Shown here: positions 47,669 through 62,069 of the stretch, in pieces | Layout: each line of letters opens with the position of its first letter | Position numbering within the stretch: the first letter of the stretch is position 1 | Made by a program: the position numbers and the translations under genes | The notes under the pieces: model-generated | The model's input: the letters and a program-made list of their open reading frames with translations, nothing else | Databases searched by the model: none | Told to the model about the DNA's origin: nothing | DNA from: an uncultured Oscillospiraceae bacterium | GTDB lineage: Bacteria > Bacillota > Clostridia > Oscillospirales > Ruminococcaceae | DNA: 64,000 bases | Reading direction: 5' to 3' | Assembly: GCA_949285275.1 (NCBI GenBank) | Contig: CASEBP010000103.1 | Span: 947-64,946, forward strand

Positions 47669-47787
47669 TCGGTTTCCTCCTTTTGCAGCGGTCCCGCCGC
47701 CTCGTTTTTTTCATTATACACCTTTTTCGACGAAAATGGCAGATATGCATTGCAGAATTTTATCTTTTTTCACAATTTCCCGCTTCC

Positions 47788-47816
47788 TTGACAGGAACGT
47801 ATGTTTCGTGTACAAT
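47788..47816 (+). promoter_or_regulatory. dinB promoter with an SOS (LexA/Cheo) box between -35 and -10
   Basis: TTGACA-17 nt-TACAAT; GAAC-GTAT-GTTT(C) at 47795-47807. Confidence 0.8.
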
Positions 47817-47832
47817 CAAAAAAGGGGGGGTG

Positions 47833-49065
47833 ATGACGATCGAACGGGTGATTCTGCACTGCGATTGCAACAGCTTTTTCGCGTCGGTGGAGACGGTGCT
47901 GGATCCTTCGCTGGGACAGGGGCCGATGGCGGTCTGCGGCGATCCCAAGAGCCGGCACGGCATCATCCTGGCCAAAAATGAGGCAGCCAAGCGCTGTGGT
48001 GTGCAGACCGCCGAAACGATCTGGCAGGCGCAGCGCAAATGTCCCGGGCTGCGGCTGGTGCCGCCCCACCGGGAGGCATACGTTGATTTTTCCCGCCGCA
48101 TCAATGCGATCTATCAGCGCTACACCGATCAAGTTGAGCCGTTTGGTATCGACGAGTCCTGGCTGGATGTCACCGGCTCGCAGCAGCTGTTTGGAGACGG
48201 ACCGGAAATCGCCGACCGGCTGCGGGCGGAAGTGGCGCGGGAGACGGGGCTGACCATTTCGGTGGGTGTTTCGTTCAACAAGGTCTTTGCCAAGCTCGGT
48301 TCTGATTACCGCAAGCCGGATGCCACGACGGTCATCTCCCGGGAAAACTGGCGAGAGATTGTTTTTCCGCTGCCGGTGGGCGCCCTGCTCTATGTCGGGG
48401 AGGCGGTGGAAAAGGAGCTGGCTGGCCTCTATATCACGACGATCGGCCATCTCGCGGCGGCTGATCCGGCCCGGCTCGCCGCCCGGTTGGGCAAACACGG
48501 ACGGCAGCTCTACGAGTATGCCAATGGGCGGGATGACAGCCCGGTGCGGCGGTTTGACCAGCCGCGCGAGATCAAATCGATCGGAAATGGGATGACCTTT
48601 CGCCGGGATCTCTCGGGAGAGCGGGAGTTTCATACCGGCGTCGCGGCGCTCGCTGACGAGGTCGCTGAACGGCTGCGGCGTCACCGGTTCTGTGCCATGA
48701 CGGTCCAACTGCAGATTAAGGACACCCGCCTGCGGGTCATCTCGCGCCAGTGCTTGCTCCCGCGTCCCACCGCGCTGGCCGATGAACTGACTGCGGCGGC
48801 GATGGAGTTGGCCCGGAACTGCTGGGATTTTTCCCTTCCGGTGCGAATGCTCACCGTTACGGCCTGCCAGCTTGTCGAGGCAGCGGAAGCGCCGGAACAG
48901 CTTTCGTTGTTTGATGCGGGCGATCCGGATGCACGGCAGCGTCGCCTGGCGCTGGAGGAGACGATGGATTCGCTGCGCGGCCGGTATGGCAGGGGGATTA
49001 TTACGCCGGGATCGCTGGTTCGCAATGAGCTGATTGGACCGGGCGTTGAAGAAGAAGACGGATAG
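47833..49065 (+). CDS. dinB: DNA polymerase IV
   Basis: HCDCNSFFASVE, IDESWLD, NKVFAKLGSD..KPD. Confidence 0.96.
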   Translation: MTIERVILHCDCNSFFASVETVLDPSLGQGPMAVCGDPKSRHGIILAKNEAAKRCGVQTAETIWQAQRKCPGLRLVPPHREAYVDFSRRINAIYQRYTDQVEPFGIDESWLDVTGSQQLFGDGPEIADRLRAEVARETGLTISVGVSFNKVFAKLGSDYRKPDATTVISRENWREIVFPLPVGALLYVGEAVEKELAGLYITTIGHLAAADPARLAARLGKHGRQLYEYANGRDDSPVRRFDQPREIKSIGNGMTFRRDLSGEREFHTGVAALADEVAERLRRHRFCAMTVQLQIKDTRLRVISRQCLLPRPTALADELTAAAMELARNCWDFSLPVRMLTVTACQLVEAAEAPEQLSLFDAGDPDARQRRLALEETMDSLRGRYGRGIITPGSLVRNELIGPGVEEEDG

Positions 49066-49117
49066 ATGAGGCGCTTCGCCAACCGATGCAGCGCCTCTGA
49101 CGGGGGAGGAAGATAGA

Positions 49118-49621
49118 ATGTTTCGGGAAATGCGGAGAAGACAGCAGGCACTGACAGCGCAAGAGACGGCCGCAGTTTTGTACAGGGGGAGTGCAGGGGT
49201 GCTGGCCCTGTCGGGGGACGATGGATATCCCTATGCCGTCCCTCTCAGCTATATCTATGACGGGGAAAGACTATATTTTCACTGCGCGAGGAGCGGGCAC
49301 AAGCTCGACGCAATACAAAGAGATCCCAAAGCCTCTTTCTGTGTCGTTGATCAGGACCGGGTGGTCCCAGAGGAATATACCACTTATTTCCGCAGCGTAA
49401 TTGCCTTTGGACGGATTCGTGTGCTGGAGGAGCTGCGGGAAAAGCGGGCTGCTATCGAAAAGCTGGCGGCCAAATACGCGCCCCAGGACACCCCTGAAGG
49501 GCGGGAAAGGGCGATTTCCCGGGAGTGGGAGCCGCTGTGTATGCTGGAGATGACGATCGATCATCTGACCGGCAAGGAGGCAATCGAGCTGACGCGCCAA
49601 AAGCAGAGAGAACCGCGCTGA
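49118..49621 (+). CDS. Pyridoxamine 5'-phosphate oxidase-like/NimA-family protein
   Basis: MFREMRR, YPYAVPLSY, YFHCA..GHK, YTTYFRSVIAFG. Confidence 0.85.
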   Translation: MFREMRRRQQALTAQETAAVLYRGSAGVLALSGDDGYPYAVPLSYIYDGERLYFHCARSGHKLDAIQRDPKASFCVVDQDRVVPEEYTTYFRSVIAFGRIRVLEELREKRAAIEKLAAKYAPQDTPEGRERAISREWEPLCMLEMTIDHLTGKEAIELTRQKQREPR

Positions 49622-49644
49622 GCCTGTATGGCGATCCAAAAGAG

Positions 49645-49679
49645 AAAACGTCCGGAGCCTTTGCGGCGCCGGACGTTTT
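49645..49679. terminator. Bidirectional terminator
   Basis: AAAACGTCCGG...CCGGACGTTTT. Confidence 0.75.
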
Positions 49680-49706
49680 GTTTGGAAGGAAAGCTTGGGA
49701 TTTTGC

Positions 49707-53137
<3,431 letters not shown>

Positions 53138-53141
<4 letters not shown>

Positions 53142-53773
53142 GCTCCGTTATACCTGTTCATCGCGTCGGCAAGCTTTCCGCTGACGATCAGCGGCAGAAT
53201 GTCGCCGCACTTGTCGATGGCCTGTTCGATGCGTTTGCGGTCGTCCTCCTGCGGCACTCCGAGCACCCAGTCTGCCATGTCATAGTCGGGATGTGGTTTT
53301 TCTCCCACTCCGATTTTGATGCGCGGGAAGGTGTTCTTGCCGGTGAGGTAGATGATGTTTTTCAGTCCGTTGTGGCCGCCGTCCGAGCCTTTGGCGCGGA
53401 TCCGCAGCCGGCCCGGGGCGAGGGATACGTCGTCATGGATGACGAGTACCCGTTCGATCGGGATTTTGTAAAAATTCATCGCTTCGACCACCGCCTGTCC
53501 TGACAGGTTCATGAAGGTGGTCGGTTTGAGAAACAGTACCCGGTGTTCCCCGACCATCGCTTCGCCGGTCAGGCTTTGGAACCGCAGCCGGTTGATGGAA
53601 AAGCCCCGCTTTTCAGCGATCCGGTCGAGAGCGATAAAACCGACGTTGTGCCGGGTGTTTTCATATTTTATGCCGGGATTTCCCAGTCCGGCGACGATCC
53701 ACTCGACTGGCCCTGACGGGGCAGGGGCGCGGTCCCTGGAGATTTGCCGGAAGAGGTCAAAAAGATCCGCCAT
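53138..53773 (-). CDS. pth: Peptidyl-tRNA hydrolase
   Basis: GLGNPG..Y..TRHNVGF, KP.TFMNLSG, GGHNG. Confidence 0.97.
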
Positions 53774-53826
53774 GACAACATGCCTTTCCACCCGTCAGGA
53801 TATCACCTTCCGGGTTGGTATTTTGT

Positions 53827-53863
53827 AAAAACAGGGGGCTGCCGCAACATGTTGCGGCAGCCC
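53827..53863 (-). terminator. Hairpin/terminator after prs
   Basis: Perfect palindrome GGGCTGCCGCAACATGTTGCGGCAGCCC followed by a T-tract on the minus strand. Confidence 0.75.
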
Positions 53864-53878
53864 GTCTCGAAATACGCG

Positions 53879-54841
53879 TCAGCCGAGCAGCGGGGAGACC
53901 GAGCGGTCAGAGTAGATCCGGTTGATCGCCTCAGCGAACACGGTGGCGACGCTCAGTTCCTTGAGCTTGCCCGAGGCGGTGTTGTGCCGCTGCGGGATGG
54001 TGTCGAGGAAGACGACCTCCTTAAGTACGCTCTCCTCAATGCGGTCGAGCGCCGGGCCGGACAGTACCCCGTGGGTCGCGCAGGCGTAAACTTCCTTTGC
54101 ACCGCCCTTGGTGATCAGGGCGTTGGCACCGTTGCAGAGGGTTCCGGCGGTATCCACCATATCGTCGACCAGGATGCAGGTCTTTCCTTTGACGTCGCCG
54201 ATGATGTTCATGACCTCCGAGACGTTGGCGGTGGGACGGCGCTTATCGATGATCGCGAGGGCCGCATCGACCCGTTCGGCGAACTTTCTCGCACGGGTGA
54301 CCGAGCCGAGGTCGGGGGAGACGACGACGATCTCGTCACGGGGGGTGTTCTTGAACTTGTCCGCGTAGTGGTTGGCAAGGATCGGTACGCCGAGCAGATG
54401 GTCGACCGGGATGTTGAAAAAGCCCTGAATCTGAGCTGCATGGAGGTCCATCGTCAGAACGCGGTCGGCGCCGGCGGTGGTCAGCAGGTCGGCGACCAGT
54501 TTGGCCGAGATCGGATCGCGGGCTTTGGCCTTGCGGTCCTGGCGGGCATAGCCAAAGTAGGGCATGACGGCGGTGATCCGGCCAGCTGATGCGCGCTTGA
54601 ATCCGTCGATCGAAATCAAAAGCTCCATCAGGTTGTTATTGACCGGCTGGCAGGTCGACTGCACGACGAAGACGTCCGAGCCGCGCACCGACTCATTGAT
54701 CGACAGAGCGATCTCTCCGTCCGAGAAGGTCTTGACCTGCATATCGCCGAGCGGGAGTCCGAGTGCCCGGGCGATCTGCTCGGCGAAGGGGCGGTTGGCG
54801 TTGCAGCTGAAGATTTTGATGTCCTTGCCATGAATATTCAT
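53879..54841 (-). CDS. prs: Ribose-phosphate pyrophosphokinase
   Basis: FSDGE, YFGYARQDRK, DLHA.QIQGFF, VSPDLG, DDMVDTAGT. Confidence 0.98.
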   Translation of the reverse strand: MNIHGKDIKIFSCNANRPFAEQIARALGLPLGDMQVKTFSDGEIALSINESVRGSDVFVVQSTCQPVNNNLMELLISIDGFKRASAGRITAVMPYFGYARQDRKAKARDPISAKLVADLLTTAGADRVLTMDLHAAQIQGFFNIPVDHLLGVPILANHYADKFKNTPRDEIVVVSPDLGSVTRARKFAERVDAALAIIDKRRPTANVSEVMNIIGDVKGKTCILVDDMVDTAGTLCNGANALITKGGAKEVYACATHGVLSGPALDRIEESVLKEVVFLDTIPQRHNTASGKLKELSVATVFAEAINRIYSDRSVSPLLG

Positions 54842-54920
54842 GATAAAACCTCTCCCTCATTGTTTCCCATGAAATTTGGATGGTCCTTATATGATTGCCG
54901 GGCGAACCCGGTTGGTCCCG

Positions 54921-56306
54921 TTACTTGGTTTTTCCCCTTGCCCAGCCGGCAAGCTGCCGCTGGCGGATCCGCCCAATGGCGAGCGCGTCGGGGCGCACAT
55001 CTTCGGTCACGGTGGTGGCGGCGGCGACATAGGCACCTTCCCCAACGGTGACCGGGGCGATCAGGTTGACATTGCAGCCGATGAAGGCGTGATCGCCGAC
55101 GGTGGTGCGATGCTTGTGCAGCCCGTCATAGTTGACGGTGACCACGCCGCAGCCGACGTTGATTCGTTCACCGAAGTCGCTGTCTCCAATGTAGGTCAGG
55201 TGAGCAAAGGAGGTCTTTTCCCCGACCGTCGAATTTTTCACTTCGACAAAGTTACCGATTTTGACTGTGTCAGCAATTTTGCAGCCGGGGCGAAGCTGGG
55301 CAAATGGTCCGATCCGCACCCCGGAGCCGACATGGCTTTCGGCCAGCCGGGAGGAATCGATCGTGCAGTTGTCCCCAATCGTACAGTCGATGATCCGGGT
55401 GTTGGGGCCGATGATACAGCCCTCTCCAATGACGGTATTGCCGAGAATCTGGCAGCCGGGCAGAATCTGGGTGTCCCGTCCCACCGTCACGTCCGGACCA
55501 ATCATTACCCCATCGCTGAGGGGAATGTCGACCCCTTGATCATAGAGCCGGTCGAGAATCCGGCCGCGGGCGATGCGGTTGAGAGCGGCAAGCTCCCGGC
55601 GGCTGTTGGCGCCGAGTGCAACCCGATCATCCGGACAACAGAAAGCGCCGGCCGTTTTGCCCTGTGCGGAGGCGAGGCCGACGAGGTCGGTCAGATAGTA
55701 TTCCCCCTGTGCGTTGGTATCCTGCAGCAGGGGAAGGGCATCGATCAGATATCCGATGGAAAACCAGTAGGCGCCTGCATTGATTTCATGGATGGCAAGC
55801 TCCTTTTCCGAGGCGTCGGCCGCCTCGACGATTCGAACAAACCGCCCGTTTTCCCGCACAATCCGACCGTAGCGGCCGGGATCGGAGATGTTGGCGGTCA
55901 GCGCCGTGACAGCGAACCCACCCTTCCGGTGAAAAGCCAGCGAATCGAGCAGCACCGCCTCATCAATCAGCGGAGCGTCCCCGCAGAGCACGGCAACCGC
56001 GTCAATTCCCCGTGCGGCAGCCTGCTGCAGAAAGGGCAGAGCACAGCGCACTGCATGGCCGGTTCCCCGCCGTTCGGCCTGGACGGCGGTGGCACAGCCG
56101 TCGGGCAGCAGCTCGCAAACCCCGCGGGGTTCGCTCGAGAGGACGACGCAGGTGTCCTCTGGTTTCATACCGGCCTTGCAGCAGGCGTCGAGTACCCAGC
56201 GGAGCATCGGCTTTCCCAGCAGTTCACAGCAGACCTTCTGGTGGGAAGAGTTCATCCGCTTCCCATCCCCTGCGGCGAGCAGGATGGCGGCAATTTGCTG
56301 ATCCAT
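54921..56306 (-). CDS. glmU: Bifunctional UDP-GlcNAc pyrophosphorylase/acetyltransferase
   Basis: LAAGDGKRM, GTGHAV, EYYLTD, hexapeptide repeats, GNFVEVK. Confidence 0.97.
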   Translation of the reverse strand: MDQQIAAILLAAGDGKRMNSSHQKVCCELLGKPMLRWVLDACCKAGMKPEDTCVVLSSEPRGVCELLPDGCATAVQAERRGTGHAVRCALPFLQQAAARGIDAVAVLCGDAPLIDEAVLLDSLAFHRKGGFAVTALTANISDPGRYGRIVRENGRFVRIVEAADASEKELAIHEINAGAYWFSIGYLIDALPLLQDTNAQGEYYLTDLVGLASAQGKTAGAFCCPDDRVALGANSRRELAALNRIARGRILDRLYDQGVDIPLSDGVMIGPDVTVGRDTQILPGCQILGNTVIGEGCIIGPNTRIIDCTIGDNCTIDSSRLAESHVGSGVRIGPFAQLRPGCKIADTVKIGNFVEVKNSTVGEKTSFAHLTYIGDSDFGERINVGCGVVTVNYDGLHKHRTTVGDHAFIGCNVNLIAPVTVGEGAYVAAATTVTEDVRPDALAIGRIRQRQLAGWARGKTK

Positions 56307-56492
56307 AGAAAACCTCCCGTTCAAACTACCCGGCAGCGGGCGTTGCGGCGAAAACAGCACGCACAGTTACATTATGGCAAATCGGCGGTAAAATTTCAAG
56401 CGGTCTAGGGGATCTTGACTATTTTCGTTGTTTTTGATGAAAATCGGCTTCCCCGCGCGGAAAAAAAGAGAGGTTCGACAGGAAACGAGCAA

Positions 56493-57623
56493 TCAGACCT
56501 CTTCGAACAGCCCGGAATAGGAGTAGCGGTAGACCCCCAGCACCATACCGATTCCCGTCCAGGTCAGTACAACCGAAGTGCCTCCGGCCGAGAAGAACGG
56601 CAGGGTGAGCCCCACGACGGGGAGCATCGAAAGACACATGCCGATACCCCAGATACTCTGAAAGGCGATCATTCCGAAGACACCGACGCAGATGTAGCGC
56701 CCGAGCGGATCCCGGGCATGGCGGGCGTCCGAGAGGATCTTCAGGCTGATCAGTCCGATTAGCAGCAGCACTACGAGACAACCGACAAATCCGAGCGATT
56801 CACCGACCACCGCGAAGATAAAATCATTGTGCATTTCCGGGACATACTGATACTCACCCGAGAAAATCCCTTTTCCCCAGATCTGCCCCGAACCGATGGC
56901 AGTGATCCCGAGCGACTGCTGCCATCCGGCACCCGACGGGTCAAGAGAGGGGTTGAAAATGATCAAAAAGCGGTTCCGCTTGTCGTCATCGAGCAGAAAA
57001 AACCACACCAGCGGCGAAATGGCTGCCGCCGCTCCGAGCGCAGCCAGTATATAACCGAGATGCAGGCCGGCCGAAAAGAGCATGCAGGCAAAGATGGCGG
57101 CGAAGACCATCGCTGTGCCGTGATCCCCCTGGGCCATGATCATCAGGGTGGGAACGGCGCCGTGAAGGCAGAGCTGCAGCAGGGTTTTGGGCTGGTTGAC
57201 CGATTCGCGGACCTTCTCCAGATGCAGTGCAAAGGAGAAGATAAAGGCGAGCTTGAGGATCTCGGAGGGCTGAAAGCTCAGTCCGAGGACGGGGATCTCC
57301 AGCCATGCCTTGTCATCAATATAGGAATAGCGCTGTTTGCCGACAAAGTAGGTCAGAAAAACCAGCCCGGCCGATACAGGAAGGTATAGCTTCCACAGGT
57401 TGGCCAGCTCCCGGTAATCAAAGCGGGAGAGAATGGCCGCGCTCGTCACACCGATGGCAGTGGCCAGAAGTTGTACAGCAAAGACCCGCGGCTTGATGTA
57501 CCCCGAGAGGTAGATTCCCCAGAGCAGCAGAGCCGAGAGGGCCGAGCAGAGCAGGCAGAACGACAGCAGCCAGCGGTCGGTCCGCCGGTAAAATTGTACG
57601 CAGCTGTTCCAGATCCGATTCAT
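56493..57623 (-). CDS. SEDS family protein (RodA/FtsW/SpoVE)
   Basis: SFQPSE..K, AIGSG...GKG, PEMHNDFIF, LPFFSAGGTS. Confidence 0.92.
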   Translation of the reverse strand: MNRIWNSCVQFYRRTDRWLLSFCLLCSALSALLLWGIYLSGYIKPRVFAVQLLATAIGVTSAAILSRFDYRELANLWKLYLPVSAGLVFLTYFVGKQRYSYIDDKAWLEIPVLGLSFQPSEILKLAFIFSFALHLEKVRESVNQPKTLLQLCLHGAVPTLMIMAQGDHGTAMVFAAIFACMLFSAGLHLGYILAALGAAAAISPLVWFFLLDDDKRNRFLIIFNPSLDPSGAGWQQSLGITAIGSGQIWGKGIFSGEYQYVPEMHNDFIFAVVGESLGFVGCLVVLLLIGLISLKILSDARHARDPLGRYICVGVFGMIAFQSIWGIGMCLSMLPVVGLTLPFFSAGGTSVVLTWTGIGMVLGVYRYSYSGLFEEV

Positions 57624-57819
57624 AGAAGTTCCTCCGTTGGAATAGGCCTGACATCATTATAGGGGAATTGCCGGACGATGACAAGCGTGGGTTTATGGGA
57701 AAAATTGCGGAAGGGATGTAAAAGGCGGCGGATTTGTGCTATAATGACCGGGAACAGCGTTGCCGCTCTGGACAGTATCGGCCAGCGTGCGGTGGCGCAA
57801 TCCGGAAAAGGGGAATTTG

Positions 57820-58236
57820 ATGCGCGAAATCCTGTCCAACAGCCCCCGCGAGACCGAACAGGCGGGGGAGGAGCTCGCACGGCTGCTTGAGCCAGGGGAG
57901 ATCGTCGCTTTTCGCGGCGGGTTGGGGATGGGGAAAACCACCTTTACCCGCGGACTGGCCCGCGGCCTGGGCTGCGCCGACGAGGCAACCAGCCCGACCT
58001 TTACCCTGATGAATGAGTATCGGGGAGGCCGGGTCAATCTCTGCCACCTCGACGCCTACCGGCTGGAGAGTACGGAAGAACTGCTCGATATCGGATTTTA
58101 TGACTACCTTGACGCCGGCTGGGCCGCTGCGGTCGAATGGAGCGAACGCCTGTCACTGACTCCGACGATAACCGTCACCTTCGAGCGGACGGGGGACGAG
58201 AGCCGAATCATCCGAATGGAGGGGAAGGGACTGTGA
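57820..58236 (+). CDS. tsaE: t6A biosynthesis ATPase TsaE
   Basis: G.LG.GKTTF, SPTF, H.DAYRL, VEW. Confidence 0.93.
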   Translation: MREILSNSPRETEQAGEELARLLEPGEIVAFRGGLGMGKTTFTRGLARGLGCADEATSPTFTLMNEYRGGRVNLCHLDAYRLESTEELLDIGFYDYLDAGWAAAVEWSERLSLTPTITVTFERTGDESRIIRMEGKGL

Positions 58237-58925
58237 TCATTCTGGCGGTGGATACCTCCTCCAAAGCGTGCTCCTGTGCACTGGTAAAGGATGGGGTGCT
58301 GCTTTCTGAGAGTTACCTTCATGTGGGGCTGACCCATTCGGCAACCCTGATGGGGATGGTAGAAGATACCCTCGCTCACGCGTCGGTCGCCCCCGGGGAG
58401 ATCGACCGGCTGGCCGTGACGACTGGACCCGGGTCCTATACCGGGCTGCGGATCGGAGTGTCGGCGGTCAAGGGGATGGCGCTGGCGGGCGCGATTGCCT
58501 GCACGGGCGTTTCCACCCGTCTTTCACTGGCCTATAATCTGACCTGCTGGGGGGGGACGGTCTGTGCCGCCCTGGTTGCCCGGGTGGGACAGGTATTTAC
58601 CGCGCTCTTTTCGGTCAAAGGCGGCGAGGTCACCCGTTTGACCGAGGACGATGCGATGACCCTTGAGGCGCTGGGGGAGATCCTTCCCGCGGGTGCGATG
58701 GTCTGCGGAGACGGCGCCGAGCTGGTTTTCCGCACCTTCTCCGACCGGGCGCTTCGCCTTGCTCCCGCCGCGCTGCGGTACCAGCGGGCCTCCTCGGCTG
58801 CCTTTGCAGCGGAACAACTCCCCGCTGTTTCGGGGGAGGAGCTTACGGTGGAATATCACCGGCTTTCTCAGGCCGAGCGGGAACGTGCTGCTCGTCTGAA
58901 GGAAACGGATTCTGGGTGTTGTTAA
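58233..58925 (+). CDS. tsaB: t6A biosynthesis protein TsaB
   Basis: ILAVDTS, HS..LM, GPGSYTGLRIG. Confidence 0.93.
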   Translation: MIILAVDTSSKACSCALVKDGVLLSESYLHVGLTHSATLMGMVEDTLAHASVAPGEIDRLAVTTGPGSYTGLRIGVSAVKGMALAGAIACTGVSTRLSLAYNLTCWGGTVCAALVARVGQVFTALFSVKGGEVTRLTEDDAMTLEALGEILPAGAMVCGDGAELVFRTFSDRALRLAPAALRYQRASSAAFAAEQLPAVSGEELTVEYHRLSQAERERAARLKETDSGCC

Positions 58926-58951
58926 ATTTTTCGATACAGGAGGAAGACAGT

Positions 58952-59404
58952 ATGGTTCTGGCATTGGGAAGCGATCACGGCGGTTTCGCCCTGAAGGAAG
59001 AGATCAAGAAGTATCTGGACTCCCGGGGAGTGGCTTATCATGATTTCGGCTGCTACTCCCCTGAGTCCTGTGATTACCCGGTCATCGGAAAGACGGTCGG
59101 TGAGGCAGTGGCAAGCGGAGAATATGAGCGGGGGCTGCTGTTCTGCGGCACCGGCATCGGCATCTCACTGGCGGCCAACAAGGTCCCCGGAATCCGGGCC
59201 GCCTGTTGCTCCGACTGCTTCTCGGCCAAGTACACCCGGATGCACAACGACGCCAATATCCTCGCGATGGGCGGACGGGTGGTCGGCCCCGGGCTGGCTG
59301 TTGAGATGGTCGCCCTTTTTCTCGACACCGAATTTGAGGGTGGGCGCCATCAGCGCCGGGTCGACATGATTTCACAGATTGAGAGGGAGTATACCGGGAA
59401 ATGA
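58952..59404 (+). CDS. rpiB: Ribose 5-phosphate isomerase B
   Basis: GSDHGG, DYP, CGTGIG, ANKVPGIR, HNDAN, GGRH.RR. Confidence 0.96.
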   Translation: MVLALGSDHGGFALKEEIKKYLDSRGVAYHDFGCYSPESCDYPVIGKTVGEAVASGEYERGLLFCGTGIGISLAANKVPGIRAACCSDCFSAKYTRMHNDANILAMGGRVVGPGLAVEMVALFLDTEFEGGRHQRRVDMISQIEREYTGK

Positions 59405-60126
59405 CAATGGAAACCCTTTTGCTGTTCTTCCTGTTCTGTGTGGGGGGCAGCGTCATCCAATCGGTGACCGGGTTTGGATTTTCGATCTTCTGTATGACCG
59501 TCTTTCCCTTCCTGATCGGAAACTACCATGCGGCGACCGCCATCTCGGGCATGTGCGGCGCTACGATGGGGATCTGCATCGCATGGCGTCACCGCCGGGA
59601 TATCAATGTCCGGCTGGTTGTGCCGCTCTCTGTCAGCTATTTTATTGCCTTTCCCCTCGGGGTCAAGCTCACGCTGATCCTGGATGAGGATATGCTGCTG
59701 CGGGTGCTCGGCGGAATTCTGATTTGCCTGAGCCTCTATTTCTTCTTTCTCAGCGACCGGATCTCGCTGCGTCCGACCATCGTGGGCGGGCTTTGCTGCG
59801 GGTTCTTGGGCGGATTGTTCTCTGGCTTCTGCAGTATCGGCGGGCCTCCCGTTGTGCTGTATCTGCTTGCTGCCGCCAAAACCAAGGAGGAGTACCGCGC
59901 TTCGATTCAGTTTTACTTCTCGGTCGGCAACTCCTATGGGGTGCTGGTCCGTGCGTTTAACGGACTGATTACGACGCAGGTGCTCGGCCTGTGGATTCTT
60001 GCCCTGTTCGCCCTGCTGATCGGCGGAACGATCGGCGGCAAGATCTTCAACCGGGTTAACGCCGCGGTTCTGCGCCGAATGGTCTATGCCATAATGGCGA
60101 TCTCGGGATGCACGATGCTGTTCTGA
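59401..60126 (+). CDS. TauE/SafE family membrane protein
   Basis: [13 protein letters not shown] repeats, about 8 TM segments. Confidence 0.85.
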   Translation: MTMETLLLFFLFCVGGSVIQSVTGFGFSIFCMTVFPFLIGNYHAATAISGMCGATMGICIAWRHRRDINVRLVVPLSVSYFIAFPLGVKLTLILDEDMLLRVLGGILICLSLYFFFLSDRISLRPTIVGGLCCGFLGGLFSGFCSIGGPPVVLYLLAAAKTKEEYRASIQFYFSVGNSYGVLVRAFNGLITTQVLGLWILALFALLIGGTIGGKIFNRVNAAVLRRMVYAIMAISGCTMLF

Positions 60127-60181
60127 GTGCGCCGGAAAATCCGTTTATTCACAATCCGATTCTATTACAGGAGGAATTACC

Positions 60182-60811
60182 ATGTTAAAGCCGATCATCA
60201 CCGATCATCCCCTGATCCAGCACAAGCTCACCCTGATTCGTGACAAGAACACCCCGTCGAAGGAGTTCCGCGAGCTGGTCAGTGAGATTGCCATGCTGAT
60301 GTGCTACGAGGCGACCCGCGATCTTCCCCTCAAGGAGATTGAGATCGAGACGCCGATGACTGTCACCAAGGCGAAGGTCATCTCGGGGCGCAAGCTGGCT
60401 TTTGTGCCGATTCTGCGTGCAGGCCTGGGCATGTGCGAAGGTATGCTGGCGCTGGTTCCGGCGGCCAAGGTGGGACATATCGGTATGTACCGCGATCCGG
60501 TGACCCATACTCCTCATGAGTACTACTGCAAGCTCCCCGCCGACATCGAGGAACGGGATGTTATCCTGCTCGATCCGATGCTCGCAACCGGCGGTTCGGC
60601 GATCGACGCGGTCAACGCGCTCAAGAAGCGCAGCCCCCGCAGCATCAAGTTTGTCTGCATCATCGCCGCTCCTGAGGGGATCGAGGCGCTGCAGGCGGCT
60701 CATCCCGACGTTCAGATCTATGCGGCGGCCCAGGATGAGCGGCTCAATGAAAACAAGTATATTCTGCCCGGGCTTGGAGACGCGGGCGACCGCATCTTCG
60801 GCACCAAGTAA
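60182..60811 (+). CDS. upp: Uracil phosphoribosyltransferase
   Basis: [39 protein letters not shown]. Confidence 0.98.
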   Translation: MLKPIITDHPLIQHKLTLIRDKNTPSKEFRELVSEIAMLMCYEATRDLPLKEIEIETPMTVTKAKVISGRKLAFVPILRAGLGMCEGMLALVPAAKVGHIGMYRDPVTHTPHEYYCKLPADIEERDVILLDPMLATGGSAIDAVNALKKRSPRSIKFVCIIAAPEGIEALQAAHPDVQIYAAAQDERLNENKYILPGLGDAGDRIFGTK

Positions 60812-60855
60812 CCATCGGGGGGCGATGCCGCCCGATCACCGAAGGAGGAATCCTG

Positions 60856-62049
60856 ATGCCAACCTACCATAAAAAGACGATTGAAGACATCGATGTTGCC
60901 GGAAAGAAAGCGCTGGTTCGCTGTGATTTCAACGTACCGCTTTCCGATGGGGTGATCACCGACGACAAGCGGATTGTCGCCGCGCTGCCTACCATTCGCT
61001 ATCTGCTCGACCACGGCGCCGCAGTTATCCTTTGCTCCCATCTGGGCCGTCCGAAGAACGGACCGGAGGAGAAGTATTCCCTCAAGCCGGTGGCGAAGCG
61101 GCTCTCCGAGCTGCTCGGCGTGCCGGTGACCCTCGCTGCCGACGTCGTCGGCCCCGATGCGTCGGCTCGTGCGGCGGCACTGCAGCCGGGACAGGTTCTG
61201 CTGCTGGAAAATGTCCGCTTCGAGAAGGGGGAAACAAAAAACGATCCCGAGCTTTCCCGGAAGCTGGCATCCTTTGCCGATTTGTTCGTCAACGACGCGT
61301 TTGGTACTGCTCACCGTGCTCATTGCTCCACTACGGGGGTGGCGGACTATCTCAAGACCGCAGTCAGCGGTTTCCTGATCAGCAAGGAGCTTGAGATTAT
61401 GGGCGGTGCACTTGAGCATCCCCGGCGTCCCTTCGTCGCGATTCTCGGCGGAGCAAAGGTGTCGGATAAGATCGGAGTGATTGAAAGCCTGCTTGACAAG
61501 GCGGACAGCGTTCTGATCGGCGGCGGAATGGCCTATACCTTCTTCCGGGCCCAGGGATTCGGCATCGGTTCCTCGATCTGCGAGGAGGAGAAGCTGGATG
61601 TCGCCCGCTCGCTGTTGGCCAAGGCCAAGGAGAAGGGCGTTACGCTGCTGCTGCCGGTCGACAATGTGGTTTCGGACGCTTTTTCGGCCGATGCTGCCAC
61701 ACAGGTCGTCTCCTCCGACGCGATTCCCGACGGCTGGATGGGGATGGACATCGGTCCCAAAACCCGCGTTCTCTTTGCTGAAGAGGTGAAAAAGGCCGGC
61801 ACTGTGATGTGGAACGGCCCGATGGGGGTGTTTGAAATGGCGCCGTTTGCCGAGGGAACCCGTGCGGTGGCCCAGGCGATGGCGGATTCGGGCGCTGTCA
61901 CCATCATCGGCGGCGGAGATTCAGCCGCAGCAGCCGCACAGCTCGGCTTCGAGGACCGGATCACCCATATTTCCACCGGGGGAGGGGCGTCGCTCGAATT
62001 CATCGAGGGACTGGATCTGCCTGGCATCGCCTGCCTCAATGACCGCTGA
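60856..62049 (+). CDS. pgk: Phosphoglycerate kinase
   Basis: [38 protein letters not shown]. Confidence 0.99.
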   Translation: MPTYHKKTIEDIDVAGKKALVRCDFNVPLSDGVITDDKRIVAALPTIRYLLDHGAAVILCSHLGRPKNGPEEKYSLKPVAKRLSELLGVPVTLAADVVGPDASARAAALQPGQVLLLENVRFEKGETKNDPELSRKLASFADLFVNDAFGTAHRAHCSTTGVADYLKTAVSGFLISKELEIMGGALEHPRRPFVAILGGAKVSDKIGVIESLLDKADSVLIGGGMAYTFFRAQGFGIGSSICEEEKLDVARSLLAKAKEKGVTLLLPVDNVVSDAFSADAATQVVSSDAIPDGWMGMDIGPKTRVLFAEEVKKAGTVMWNGPMGVFEMAPFAEGTRAVAQAMADSGAVTIIGGGDSAAAAAQLGFEDRITHISTGGGASLEFIEGLDLPGIACLNDR

Positions 62050-62069
62050 ACGAAAGGACAGAAAACAAC

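Noticed and set aside
53836-53863. Perfect 28-bp palindrome as a recombination or operator site
   Set aside because: Its position after prs with a U-tract is adequately explained as a terminator
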